Source: an uncultured Methylomirabilota bacterium
GTDB lineage: Bacteria; Methylomirabilota; Methylomirabilia; Methylomirabilales; 2-02-FULL-66-22
Assembly (NCBI GenBank): GCA_963705305.1
Contig: OY970067.1
Coordinates: 3,840,001-3,904,000, forward strand
DNA length: 64,000 nt
Direction of reading: 5' to 3'
This document shows positions 1 to 9,217 of the stretch, piece by piece (the first letter of the stretch is position 1; each line of letters begins with the position of its first letter). A program made the translations under genes and the position numbers. A model generated the notes under the pieces. The model was given only the letters and a program-made list of their open reading frames with translations, was not told the origin of the DNA and ran no database searches.

Positions 1-252
1 CCGCTGATCGTGGCGGGGGCGCTCATGATCGAGCCAACCGAGACGGAGAGCAAGGAGACGCTGGACCAGTTCATCACCGCCATGCGGGCGATCGCGCGGG
101 AGGCCGAGGAGCAGCCGGACCTCGTCCGGGAGGCCCCCCACACCCCGCGGGTCGGCCGCATGGACGAGACCCGGGCGGCGCGCCAGCCCGTCCTGCGCTG
201 GCGTCCCGGACGGCGAGCGGCGGGCGGGGACGGGGAACCGCCGGCCTCCTGA
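1..252 (+). CDS. gcvPB: Glycine dehydrogenase (decarboxylating) subunit 2, C-terminal part (runs in from window edge)
   Basis: [25 protein letters not shown]...[23 protein letters not shown] is the characteristic GcvPB C-terminus. Confidence 0.92.
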   Translation, partial: PLIVAGALMIEPTETESKETLDQFITAMRAIAREAEEQPDLVREAPHTPRVGRMDETRAARQPVLRWRPGRRAAGGDGEPPAS

Positions 253-274
253 CCGGGCGCGGGGAAGAAGGCAC

Positions 275-1420
275 ATGAAGATCACCGGCATCGAGACCTA
301 CGTCCTGCAGGCGATGCTCGACGGCAAGGCCTTCGGCTGGTCGCAGCGGGTGACGGACCGCCGCCAGGCGGCGCTCTGCGTGATCTCCACCGACGCGGGC
401 ATCCAGGGGGCCGGCGAAGCGTTCTACTTCGGCGGCCCGGCCACAATCGTGGCCCGGATCATGACCGAGGGATTCGGCCCGCTGCTGATCGGCCGGGATC
501 CCCTGGACACCTCGGTGATCTGGGACGGGCTCTACAACTGGACCCGCGACCAAGGGCAGAAGGGGGTCCCCATCTCCGCCATCAGCGCGATCGACATCGC
601 GCTCTGGGACATCAAGGGCAAGGCCCTGGGCCTGCCGGTGTACCGTCTGCTCGGCGGCGCCTACCGGACCCGCGCGCGGGTCTACGCCACGGGGCTCTAC
701 GAGCCCCAGGGGGTCCCCAGCGTCACGGAGGCGCTGGTGGAGGAGGCGCTGGGGTACAAGGCGGCCGGCTTCTGTGGGATGAAGCTGAAGGTGGGGTACG
801 ATCCCGCCACCGATCTCCGGTACATCAAGGCCATCCGGGCGGCCGTCGGCGAGGATCTGCATCTCATGGTGGACGCCAACCACGCCTACAACGCGCCCGA
901 GGCCATCCGCCTGGCCCGCGCCATGGAGCCGTACAACATCACCTGGTTCGAAGAGCCGGTGCCCCCCGAGGATCTGGACGTCTACGCGGAGGTCCGGCGG
1001 GGCTCCCGGGTCCCCATCGCGGGCGGGGAGTGCGAGTACACCCGCTACGGGTTCCGCGAGCTGATCAACCGACGGGCGGTGGACATCCTCCAGCCGGATC
1101 TCTGCGCCATGGGCGGCTTCAGCGAGATGCTGAAGGTCATCTCCATGGCCAGCGCGGCCAATCTCCCGGTCATTCCCCACGTCTGGGGAACCGCCGTGGG
1201 CCTGGCCGCGTCGCTCCAGCTCTTTGCCGCCCTGCCGCACTTTCCCGAGCGTCGCTTCCCGGCCGAGCCGTTCTTCGAGTACGATCGGTCCCCGCATCCC
1301 TTCCGCGATGGGGTGGCCCACGAGCGCTTTGTCATGCGGGACGGGTATCTTGACATCCCGGATCGCTCCGGCCTGGGGGTCACCCTGGACCTGGATTTCG
1401 TGCGTCGCTACGCCGCCTGA
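275..1420 (+). CDS. Mandelate racemase/muconate lactonizing enzyme (enolase superfamily), sugar-acid dehydratase/cycloisomerase-like
   Basis: AISAIDIALWDIKGK, KLKVG, VDAN, WFEEP, GGE, DILQPD, IPHVW motifs. Confidence 0.9.
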   Translation: MKITGIETYVLQAMLDGKAFGWSQRVTDRRQAALCVISTDAGIQGAGEAFYFGGPATIVARIMTEGFGPLLIGRDPLDTSVIWDGLYNWTRDQGQKGVPISAISAIDIALWDIKGKALGLPVYRLLGGAYRTRARVYATGLYEPQGVPSVTEALVEEALGYKAAGFCGMKLKVGYDPATDLRYIKAIRAAVGEDLHLMVDANHAYNAPEAIRLARAMEPYNITWFEEPVPPEDLDVYAEVRRGSRVPIAGGECEYTRYGFRELINRRAVDILQPDLCAMGGFSEMLKVISMASAANLPVIPHVWGTAVGLAASLQLFAALPHFPERRFPAEPFFEYDRSPHPFRDGVAHERFVMRDGYLDIPDRSGLGVTLDLDFVRRYAA

Positions 1421-1599
1421 GGCGCGCGGACGGTCGCGGGACGCGCGACTTCCTCGGGCAGGGAGGCCGGCCCCAGGCACCGCTGAACACGGCGGCGCGG
1501 GCAATGTCCTCGGTCCGCACCCGATTCACGTCAAATCCTTCCAGCCGGCTTCGGACTTTCTCCCAGGCCTGGTCGAATGAGGACAGGGTCTTGCGCGCG

Positions 1600-1628
1600 T
1601 TGACACCCTCCGGGGACCATGCTAAGTT
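1600..1628 (+). promoter_or_regulatory. Sigma70-type promoter (TTGACA-17-TAAGTT, with extended -10 TG)
   Basis: Consensus -35 and 17-nt spacer, just upstream of the ATG at 1645. Confidence 0.6.
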
Positions 1629-1644
1629 CGCGCCCGGTGTCGCG

Positions 1645-1923
1645 ATGGTCCACCACGCGCTCCGCCTCGAACTCTATACCAAGCCAGGCTGTCATCTGGC
1701 GAACGACCTCCGCGCCATCTGCCAACGGCTGGCCGCCGAGGTGGCGATCGAGTTCGCGGAAGTGAACATCGAAGACGATCCGGTGCTCCTCGCCCGCTAC
1801 GAGGGGGAGGTGCCGATCCTGTTCGTGGAGGGGCGGAGGGTGGTAAGATTCCGCACGTCCGAGCGGGAGCTCCGCCGGATCTTGCGGTGGCAGATGCTGC
1901 GTCGGCGTCTGCTGGGAAGGTAG
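1645..1923 (+). CDS. Glutaredoxin-like protein (DUF836 type)
   Basis: LYTKPGCHLA..EVNIEDDPVLLARYEGEVPILFVEG; start reassigned to ATG 1645 behind the promoter. Confidence 0.8.
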   Translation: MVHHALRLELYTKPGCHLANDLRAICQRLAAEVAIEFAEVNIEDDPVLLARYEGEVPILFVEGRRVVRFRTSERELRRILRWQMLRRRLLGR

Positions 1924-2027
1924 TTCAGGCATCGACGGTGAGCCGGGCCTGGGGCAGGCCCGATCATCGGTGAGCCGTCACGGGGCGGGCGGCGAGGAGC
2001 CGCCTGTTACGCCGTGCGAGGAGCGAC

Positions 2028-3410
2028 ATGGGCCAAGGACAGCACAGGGCGGGAGGCGGGCCGCAGCGGGTGTGGGATCTGTTTTCGCGCGCCAATCCGG
2101 GCTCGGCGGCGCTGAGCCGACGATCCGGGGGCAGTATTGCGGGCGGGATCACCCACGACATCCGGCATCTGAAGCCGTTTCCCGTCTACGTCGAGCGGGC
2201 GGAAGGCACCCGAAAGTGGACCGTGGACGGCCAAGAGCTGATCGACTTCTGGATGGGGCACGGGGCTTTGCTCTTGGGACACGGTTACCCGGCGATCCTG
2301 GAGGCAATCCGGGCACAGCTGGCGCGCGGCACCCACTATGGAGCCTGCCACGAGCTGGAGATTCAGTGGGCGGAATGGGTGCAGCGGCTGGTACCCTCGG
2401 CAGAGCGCGTGCGGTTTACCAGCTCGGGAACGGAGGCCACCCACCTGGCGCTTCGACTGGCCCGGGCCTACACGGGGAAACCCAAGATCGTTAAGCTCGA
2501 AGGACACTTCCACGGCTGGCACGATTCCGCTTTGGCGGGTGTGAAGCCCCCGTACGGGATTCCCATGTCGGCAGGTATCCCCGAGGAGGCTCTGACGCAA
2601 GTTCTCCTGTGCCCCCCCAACGACCTGGCCGGCATGGAGAGACTTCTCGGTCAGCGGCAGGATATCGCCGGGGTCATTCTGGAACCGGGCGGGGGCAGCA
2701 GCGGGACGATACCGACTGATCCGGCGTATCTGCAAAGCCTGCGCGACCTGACACGTCGACACAGCGTGGTGCTCATCTTCGACGAAGTGATCACCGGCTT
2801 CCGCTACGCCCCCGGAGGGGTGCAGGAAGTCGTTGGCGTCACACCGGACATGACCGCGCTGGCCAAGATCCTGGCCGGGGGCCTGCCGGGTGGGGCCATC
2901 GCAGGCCGCGCAGACATTATGGCCGGATTGGCATTCGACCGGGATGCCGGGGGAGACCGCCGGCGGCGGGTGGCCCACGCCGGCACCTACAATGCCAACC
3001 CTCTCTCGGCGACGGCCGGGGTTGCCATGCTGAGTCGGATCGCAGACGGCGAGCCGCAGCGCCGGGCGGCGGATGCGGCAGCGGCCCTGCGGACAGAACT
3101 GTCGAATGTTTGGCGGCGACTCGGCGTCCCGGGATGCGTGTACGGAGAGTCCTCGGTGGTCAATTACTCCCTGGAGCCGGACCTCCGGGCGGGGCCCGCC
3201 GTGGGGAGCGGGCAGCATGCTCGGCTCCAACTGACGGCGAATGCCGACGCCTACCATGCGCTTCGCTGCGCGTTGATCATGAATGGGGTGGATATCTGTC
3301 CGCTGCACGGCTGGGTATCGGCGGCGCATGGCCAGCAGGAGATCGATCTGACCGCCCAGGCGTTCGAGAAGGCGTTGCTGCTGCTTCGCGAAGAAGGCGT
3401 CCTTGACTGA
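2028..3410 (+). CDS. Class III PLP aminotransferase, glutamate-1-semialdehyde aminomutase-like
   Basis: RFTSSGTEA, GHFHGWHD, LIFDEVITGFR, ALAKILAGGLPGG (PLP Lys), HAGTYNANP. Confidence 0.88.
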   Translation: MGQGQHRAGGGPQRVWDLFSRANPGSAALSRRSGGSIAGGITHDIRHLKPFPVYVERAEGTRKWTVDGQELIDFWMGHGALLLGHGYPAILEAIRAQLARGTHYGACHELEIQWAEWVQRLVPSAERVRFTSSGTEATHLALRLARAYTGKPKIVKLEGHFHGWHDSALAGVKPPYGIPMSAGIPEEALTQVLLCPPNDLAGMERLLGQRQDIAGVILEPGGGSSGTIPTDPAYLQSLRDLTRRHSVVLIFDEVITGFRYAPGGVQEVVGVTPDMTALAKILAGGLPGGAIAGRADIMAGLAFDRDAGGDRRRRVAHAGTYNANPLSATAGVAMLSRIADGEPQRRAADAAAALRTELSNVWRRLGVPGCVYGESSVVNYSLEPDLRAGPAVGSGQHARLQLTANADAYHALRCALIMNGVDICPLHGWVSAAHGQQEIDLTAQAFEKALLLLREEGVLD

Positions 3411-3499
3411 TGGCGGCGGGCCGTGTCCTTTCCATAGGCGCAGGGACGCTCAGAGGCGTCCCGTCAGCTTGCGATGGCTCTGGGGAGGTGGACAGCCGG

Positions 3500-3528
3500 T
3501 TGACGGGGCCTGGTTCCTCGGGCAGGAT
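3500..3528 (+). promoter_or_regulatory. Putative sigma70 promoter (TTGACG-17-CAGGAT)
   Basis: Spacing and position upstream of the RBS GAAGGAG and ATG 3558. Confidence 0.4.
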
Positions 3529-3557
3529 AGGGCCGAGGTTGAAGGAGTCGCAACACA

Positions 3558-3737
3558 ATGCCTCGCCCTCCCGCCGAAATCCGGCGCCTCGAAGATGAGG
3601 AGCGCCGTCGGCTGCGCGCCCACCGACGGCTGATATGGGGGCGTCGCCTGCGTGCCGGCCTCTGGATCCTGGGTGGCATCTTGGCCTTGGGGGGATTTCT
3701 TATCATCGTGCATCTTTTCGCTGCCTCCTCAGGATAG
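3558..3737 (+). CDS. Small 59-aa membrane protein (not in ORF track)
   Basis: Hand translation MPRPPAEIRRLEDEERRRLRAHRRLIWGRRLRAGLWILGGILALGGFLIIVHLFAASSG*; RBS GAAGGAG; C-terminal hydrophobic helix; hairpin after the stop. Confidence 0.65.
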   Translation: MPRPPAEIRRLEDEERRRLRAHRRLIWGRRLRAGLWILGGILALGGFLIIVHLFAASSG

Positions 3738-3883
3738 GTCCTCTACCGCGAGGGGCCGTCCAATGCCTGCCGCCGATGGAGTCCCGCCAGCGTACCTCCG
3801 GGCCACAAGTATACAACGGGCTGACCCGGCCTCGGCCATATGAAACACTCGGCGGGCAGGATTCGTATTACAAAGTAGGTCTC

Positions 3884-4495
3884 ATGACCAAACCAGAAGG
3901 ACGGGCGAGGGCCGGCGATGGCCCGGATGACAGTGCTTTGGTCGAGCGGGCCCTCCATGGAGACCAGGAGGCCTTTGCATCCCTCGTCCGCCAGCATCAA
4001 CGCCTGGTTTTCCGGATCGTAGGGGGGTTCTTGCGAAACCGGGCGGATGTCGAGGAGGTTGCTCAAGAGGCTTTTTTACGGGCATTTAAGGGCCTATCTG
4101 GCTTCAAGGCCGGCGCCTCCTTCGGCCCGTGGATCGCTCGAATTGCTACTCGGGTCAGCTACGACAGGCTTCGTCAGCGGCGATACGTGAGCGAAACGGG
4201 GTGGGACGATCTGACCCCGGCTGAAGAAGGGGCCACGCGCCAGGCCGCATCCGGAGGCGATCCAGTGGATCGCACCGCCGCCCGGGATCTCCTGGAGCGA
4301 GCCATGGGCTCTCTGGCTCCCAAGGACCGTCAGATCCTCCTGCTGGTGGATGCTCAGGGATTCTCGACAGTTGAGGCGGCGGAGATCATGGGGTGCACGG
4401 CCCTGGCGGCGCGTGTTCGCCTGCACCGCTCCCGTCGAGCCGTTCGAAAGAGTATCGGGTCCTTGATGGATACGCTGGAGGGTTCCCGGGGTTAG
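3884..4495 (+). CDS. ECF RNA polymerase sigma factor
   Basis: DDSALVERALHGDQEAFASLV, DVEEVAQEAFLRA, FGPWIARIA, region 4 EAAEIMG..RVRLHRSR. Confidence 0.9.
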   Translation: MTKPEGRARAGDGPDDSALVERALHGDQEAFASLVRQHQRLVFRIVGGFLRNRADVEEVAQEAFLRAFKGLSGFKAGASFGPWIARIATRVSYDRLRQRRYVSETGWDDLTPAEEGATRQAASGGDPVDRTAARDLLERAMGSLAPKDRQILLLVDAQGFSTVEAAEIMGCTALAARVRLHRSRRAVRKSIGSLMDTLEGSRG

Positions 4496-4573
4496 GGTGG
4501 GGCAAGGGGCCTGTAGTGCCGGCCGCGGCCGGGCAGGTCGCCTGCAATGTCAGGAGCTCGAAAGGAGGACGGC

Positions 4574-5029
4574 ATGAGCGCGTGCAGAGATATGCAAGAG
4601 CGGCTGAGGCAGCTCGCTGCGCTCTCGTCCGATGAGCTGCCACAGGACGCGCAGGAACACCTGGCCGCGTGCCCGGTGTGCCGGCGAGAACTGGCGGCGG
4701 CGCGCCTGACCCGGCATCTCATGACGGCAGCCGCCGAGGGGATGGAACCGCCGCCAGGCTTTCCGGAGCGGGTGGCGGCCGCCATTGCCAGAGAGGCCCA
4801 GCGGGTCCCGGCTGAGGCAGAGGAATGGCGGCTGGGATGGGGGCTGGTGCCGGTGTTCGCCGCCATGACCCTGGCGCTCTTCATGATGGTTCAGAACAGC
4901 ACAGTTCCCGCTCCAAGCGGCCTGGTGAACACCGAGGGACTCTCCACCAGCGAGCAGCTGGTCTTGGAGCAGTCTTCGGCGCGGCCGGACCTGATCCTCA
5001 CCGCGGTCATGGAGGATGAAGGCCGATGA
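4574..5029 (+). CDS. Zinc-binding (zf-HC2/ZAS) membrane anti-sigma factor
   Basis: HLAACPVC (HxxxCxxC) motif and one TM helix; directly downstream of the ECF sigma; RBS AAGGAGG. Confidence 0.82.
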   Translation: MSACRDMQERLRQLAALSSDELPQDAQEHLAACPVCRRELAAARLTRHLMTAAAEGMEPPPGFPERVAAAIAREAQRVPAEAEEWRLGWGLVPVFAAMTLALFMMVQNSTVPAPSGLVNTEGLSTSEQLVLEQSSARPDLILTAVMEDEGR

Positions 5030-5439
5030 GACCGCGAGTGAAAGGGGGGCTCCTCCTCCTGGTGGCCTTCCTGCTGGGCGGGGCCAGCGGAGCCCTCGGG
5101 TTATGCCTCTACCAGCTCCGGACGGGCCACGGCGAGCCCGGCCGCGACCCTGCTCGTTTCCAGCGGCTCGTGCTCGCGCGGCTGACCCGCGACTTGAGCC
5201 TCACGGCGGCTCAACAGCAGCAGGTGGAAGGAATCCTCCGGGAGACAGGCCAGGAGTTTGCCAAGCTCCGGGCGGAATTCCAGCCGCAGCTCGCAGCGAT
5301 CCGCACCGGCAGCCGAGACCGGATTCGCGCTCTTCTGAATCCGGATCAGCAACAGAAGTTCGACGCCCTGGTGAAACGGTGGGAACGACACCGCGAGCGC
5401 GAGGGCGAAGGCGAGCGGGGAAGCCCCAGGGCCCCCTGA
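5026..5439 (+). CDS. Spy/CpxP/ZraP-like periplasmic helical protein
   Basis: N-terminal TM/signal; LSLTAAQQQQV and LLNPDQQQKF (LTxxQ-like) motifs; overlaps the anti-sigma stop. Confidence 0.7.
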   Translation: MRPRVKGGLLLLVAFLLGGASGALGLCLYQLRTGHGEPGRDPARFQRLVLARLTRDLSLTAAQQQQVEGILRETGQEFAKLRAEFQPQLAAIRTGSRDRIRALLNPDQQQKFDALVKRWERHREREGEGERGSPRAP

Positions 5440-5673
5440 GCCCTTCGGATCATACGCCCTGCACCGAATGTATTCACGCGGGACCGCCTGCTGAGCGAGC
5501 CGGCCGTCCGAGGCTCTTCCATCGGATCCGTTTGACAGCCCCCTATCTCTCCAATTACACTCATTTTCATCATCAACTGTGGTCCGGGAGGCACGCGGCT
5601 CGGATGTGGCCTCGCAAGGGGGTCGTGTTGAGATTGGTTGCCTGCGGTTCACCGGCCGGGACGTGAGGGTGAC

Positions 5674-6109
5674 GTGGTGTCGGGGGGCGAAGCGGCTGGC
5701 TTCGAGATCTTTCCGGTGACTGCGGATAGGGGAATCCGTGCTTGGGGACCGGATCTTCCGGAGGTCTTCCGACAGGCGGCCCTGGGCCTCTGGAGCCTCA
5801 TCGTGGAGCCTGCCGCCGTCTCCAGGGTGCAGTCGACTAGGGTGGAGGCCAGCGCCGAGGACCGGGAGGCCCTGCTGGCGGCCTGGCTCAACGAGTTGCT
5901 GTTCCTGTACGAAACCCAGGGGTTTGTGGCCGCGGACTGCGCCATCCAAAGCCTGACGGAGACGACGCTCCTCGCCGAAGTGTGGGGTGAGCCGCTGGAT
6001 CGAAGGCGCCATTTCCAGGTGGGCCACGTGAAGGCGGCGACCTACCACCTGCTTTCCGTGGCTCCCACGGACGGGGGCTGGGAAGGTCGGGTAGTGGTGG
6101 ACGTTCTAG
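5674..6109 (+). CDS. Archease; true end probably VVVDV* at TAG 6107-6109 (one extra T at 6104-6105); as written it reads to 6129
   Basis: TADRGIRAWG, LLAAWLNELLF, VKAATYH, VVVDV motifs; archeases end in D-V/I. Confidence 0.85.
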
Positions 6110-6149
6110 GGACGCGGGAGACCCCGTAGAACAGGAGGGAGCGGATCCG

Positions 6150-6377
6150 ATGGGAGAACAGGTTCTTATTTTCGGGAAGGATACCTGACCCTATACCACT
6201 GCCGCCCGGGAGGACTACGGCAATCGAAAGGTGGTATTCCGGTACGTGAATGTGACTAAGGATCCGGCGGGCATGAAAGAGATGCTCGGATATTCGAAGG
6301 GAGACCGGACGGTTCCGGTGGTGGTCGAGAAGGGAAAGGTCAGCATCGGCTGGGAGGGGGGCGGCTGAGCCGTTTGA
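6150..6377 (+). CDS. Glutaredoxin-like selenoprotein candidate (UXX-star type) with two in-frame UGA codons (6186-6188, 6366-6368)
   Basis: MGEQVLIFGKDT-U-PYTTAAREDY...DRTVPVVVEKGKVSIGWEGGG-U-AV*; RBS AGGAGG; the first UGA is at the glutaredoxin CPY position; TVPV cis-Pro motif; hairpins follow both UGAs. Confidence 0.85.
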
Positions 6378-6471
6378 CAGCCTTCGCCGTGCGCGGAGGA
6401 CCCGAGGGCCAAAAGGCCGGGGGACGAGAGAAGCCTCCGGTTCCGGAAGTTGAAAAGAGGGAGGTGGCGGG

Positions 6472-6885
6472 GTGACCGCCGAGTCGTCGGGCTGGGACGA
6501 GGAAGGCATCCGGGTGTGGCTGGACGAGCTGCGGGGGCTCGACCTCACGGATGCAGAGGTCGAGGCGGCCGCGCAGCGGCTTGTTGAGGGGGGCGAGTCC
6601 GCACTCCCGCTCATTCTGGAACAGTACGGCCAGGAGGATGAAACGCTGCTGGCGGTGGCCACCCAGGCGTTGATGGCCTGGCGGAAGCCGTACCCGGTGG
6701 AGCGGCTGATCGAGCGCTTGCGGGATCCCGGCGTCGATGCATTGGCCAAGGGGCTGATCCTCATGGTGTTGGAGGGATACGGCTTGGACATTCAGGACCT
6801 CCACGTTCTGGGTGTTGGCATCGACCTGGATGCGTTCTTTCAAGAGCCGACGGGCAGCGGCGACGGAGGACAGGAGCCGCGATGA
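6472..6885 (+). CDS. Hypothetical acidic alpha-helical (HEAT-like) protein
   Basis: GTG start with RBS GAGGGAGG; GC3-rich codons; stop overlaps the gpsA start. Confidence 0.65.
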   Translation: MTAESSGWDEEGIRVWLDELRGLDLTDAEVEAAAQRLVEGGESALPLILEQYGQEDETLLAVATQALMAWRKPYPVERLIERLRDPGVDALAKGLILMVLEGYGLDIQDLHVLGVGIDLDAFFQEPTGSGDGGQEPR

Positions 6886-7910
6886 TCTCCCTGCCGACGC
6901 CACTTCCCGACTCGATCGCCATCGTGGGGGCGGGCGCCTGGGGGACGAGCCTGGCGGCCGTGCTCGCGGAGAGGTACCGCCGGATCTCCTTGTGGGTGTT
7001 CGAGGCCGATCTGGCTGCCAGGATGATCCGGACGCGGGAGAATGCGATTTATCTGCCGGGGGTGCGGCTGCCCGATCCGGTCCTCCCGACAGCCTCGGTG
7101 GAAGAGGCCCTGGCTGGCCAGGCTATGGTCGTGGTGGTTGTTCCGTCGCACGTGTTCAGGCCGGTCCTGGAGCGGGCCCGCGGTCTCCTCGATCCGCAAA
7201 CCCTCCTGGTGAGCGCCACGAAAGGGATCGAGGTCTCGAGCCTCTTCACCATGTCCCAGGTGATGCGCCAGGTGCTGCCTTCCCGACACCACGCGCGGCT
7301 GGCGGTCTTTTCCGGGCCCAGTTTTGCGCGCGAAGTGGCGGCGCGACGTCCGACGGCCGTCGTGGCTGCGGCGGAGGAGGCGGACATCGCTCAATCGGTC
7401 CAGCACGCGCTGAGCGGCGGCCCTCTGCGCGTCTACGCCAGCACGGACCCCTTGGGGGTGGAGCTGGGGGGAGCTATCAAGAACGTCATCGCGATCGCGG
7501 CGGGTGTCGTGGACGGCCTGGAGCTGGGGACGAACGCCCGGGCGGCGCTAGTCACACGCGGATTGGCGGAGATCACGCGCCTGGGGCTGGCTATGGGAGC
7601 GCAAGCCGGGACGTTTGCCGGTCTGGCAGGGATGGGTGATCTGATCCTGACCTGCACGGGCGACCTGTCCCGCAACCGCAGCCTCGGGAGGGCCCTGGCC
7701 GCCGGCACCCCCCTGGCCGCGTTCCAGGCCGCGTCCCCGCGCGTGGCCGAGGGGGTCAACACCTGCCGGTCCGTGGTACGGCTGGCCGAGCGATTCAGTA
7801 TCGAAATGCCGATCTGTCGGGCGGTCCACCGGGTGCTGTTCGAGGGGGAGGATCCACGCCAGGCGGTGGTCCGGCTGATGACCCGCGATCTGCGATTCGA
7901 GGGTGAGTGA
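6882..7910 (+). CDS. gpsA: NAD(P)H-dependent glycerol-3-phosphate dehydrogenase
   Basis: GAGAWGTSLA, ATKGIE, SGPSFAREV, GAIKNVIAIAAG, GMGDLILTCTGDLSRNR. Confidence 0.96.
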   Translation: MISLPTPLPDSIAIVGAGAWGTSLAAVLAERYRRISLWVFEADLAARMIRTRENAIYLPGVRLPDPVLPTASVEEALAGQAMVVVVVPSHVFRPVLERARGLLDPQTLLVSATKGIEVSSLFTMSQVMRQVLPSRHHARLAVFSGPSFAREVAARRPTAVVAAAEEADIAQSVQHALSGGPLRVYASTDPLGVELGGAIKNVIAIAAGVVDGLELGTNARAALVTRGLAEITRLGLAMGAQAGTFAGLAGMGDLILTCTGDLSRNRSLGRALAAGTPLAAFQAASPRVAEGVNTCRSVVRLAERFSIEMPICRAVHRVLFEGEDPRQAVVRLMTRDLRFEGE

Positions 7911-8047
7911 GAGCGACGGCGCCGGGTACTCACCCGGGTGCCTCTTGGGCGGGATGAGTGCGGCCCCGGGGCGCAAGGTGTTCCGAGCGGACTGCCTCGC
8001 AAACCGATTGAACTATACCCTTCGGACTGAAAGCGCGCTGAGGGACG

Positions 8048-9028
8048 ATGCCGGCGAATCTCACTCCACAGTACCTGGATGCCGATAAGCGATTCAAGGC
8101 GGCCAAGACCGTCGAGGAGAAGATTGCGGCGCTGGAGGAGATGCTCGCGGTCATCCCCAAGCACAAAGGGACGGAGCGCCTCCAGGGCGACCTGAAGCGG
8201 CGCCTGGCAAAGCTGCGAACGGAGGCAGAGACCAGCCGGCGCCGCGGGGGGTTCTCCCTTTCCGTGGATCGGGAGGGGGCGGGGCAGGTTGTTCTGGTCG
8301 GACCCCCCAACGCGGGCAAGTCGGCGCTGGTGGCGGCGCTCACGAAAGCTCCCACGGACATCGGAGACTATCCCTTCACAACCCGGCGGCCGGTTGCCGG
8401 GATGATGCCCTACGTCAACATCCAGATCCAACTGGTGGACCTGCCGGCCATCTCGGATACCTTCATGGAGGCCTGGGTGCCCGGCCTGATTCGCCCGGCC
8501 GACCTCGTGCTGCTGGTCGCCGACCTGGCAAGCCCCGCCGTCCTGGAGGACCTGCAGGGGATACAGGCAATCCTGGAGCGAAGCAAGCTGGCCCTATCCG
8601 GATTGAGCGAAACCGCAGCCGCTCCGGGCTGGGCCCAGAAGCGGACGATCCTCCTGGCCAATAAACTGGACGTGGCGGGTGCGGACGCGACCCTGGAGAT
8701 CGTGCGATCCATCTACCTGCCTCGCCTTCCCGTCTTTGGCGTCTCCGCGCAGACGGGCGTCGGATTGGAAGCCCTGCGGCGGGCCATTTATGACGGCCTG
8801 GAGATCGTCCGGGTGTACTCCAAACCGCCGGGGAAGGAGCCCTCTACACAGTCGCCCGTCATTCTCTCCAAGGGCAGCAGCATCGTGGAGATGGCGGCGG
8901 CCATCCACAAAGACTTCGCGCGGCAGCTGAAATACGCGCGGGTTTGGGGGTCCACCCGGTTCGACGGGCAGCGGGTTCAGCGAGATTATGTGGTCCAGGA
9001 GGGGGATATCATCGAGCTGCACATCTAG
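8048..9028 (+). CDS. DRG/RBG1-type OBG-family GTPase with C-terminal TGS domain
   Basis: IPKHKGTE, GPPNAGKS, DYPFTT, DLPA, NKLD, IHKDF..YARVWG. Confidence 0.9.
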   Translation: MPANLTPQYLDADKRFKAAKTVEEKIAALEEMLAVIPKHKGTERLQGDLKRRLAKLRTEAETSRRRGGFSLSVDREGAGQVVLVGPPNAGKSALVAALTKAPTDIGDYPFTTRRPVAGMMPYVNIQIQLVDLPAISDTFMEAWVPGLIRPADLVLLVADLASPAVLEDLQGIQAILERSKLALSGLSETAAAPGWAQKRTILLANKLDVAGADATLEIVRSIYLPRLPVFGVSAQTGVGLEALRRAIYDGLEIVRVYSKPPGKEPSTQSPVILSKGSSIVEMAAAIHKDFARQLKYARVWGSTRFDGQRVQRDYVVQEGDIIELHI

Positions 9029-9052
9029 CCTTGAACCGAGAAGACTGTTGAA

Positions 9053-9139
9053 CCGCCATGACGCCACGGGGAAATTCGAATTTCGAAATTGGCAGGGCCC
9101 TCTTGGCGCCTTGGCGGTGAGATATGTTCGGAATGGGGC
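9053..9139. repeat. REP/MITE-like imperfect palindromic element, copy 1
   Basis: Arms CCGCCATGACGCCACGGGG / CCTCTTGGCGCCTTGGCGG around the palindrome AATTTCGAAATT; 9079-9139 matches the reverse complement of 15299-15359 at 60/61 nt. Confidence 0.85.
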
Positions 9140-9148
9140 GAGGCGGGT

Positions 9149-9177
9149 TTGACCGACGCGCCGGAAACGCGTATACT
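9149..9177 (+). promoter_or_regulatory. Sigma70 promoter (TTGACC-17-TATACT)
   Basis: Near-consensus hexamers, 17-nt spacer, upstream of GTG 9218. Confidence 0.7.
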
Positions 9178-9217
9178 GCAAACAGCGCTGGATCTGAAGG
9201 GCGCGGAAGGAGTCATC

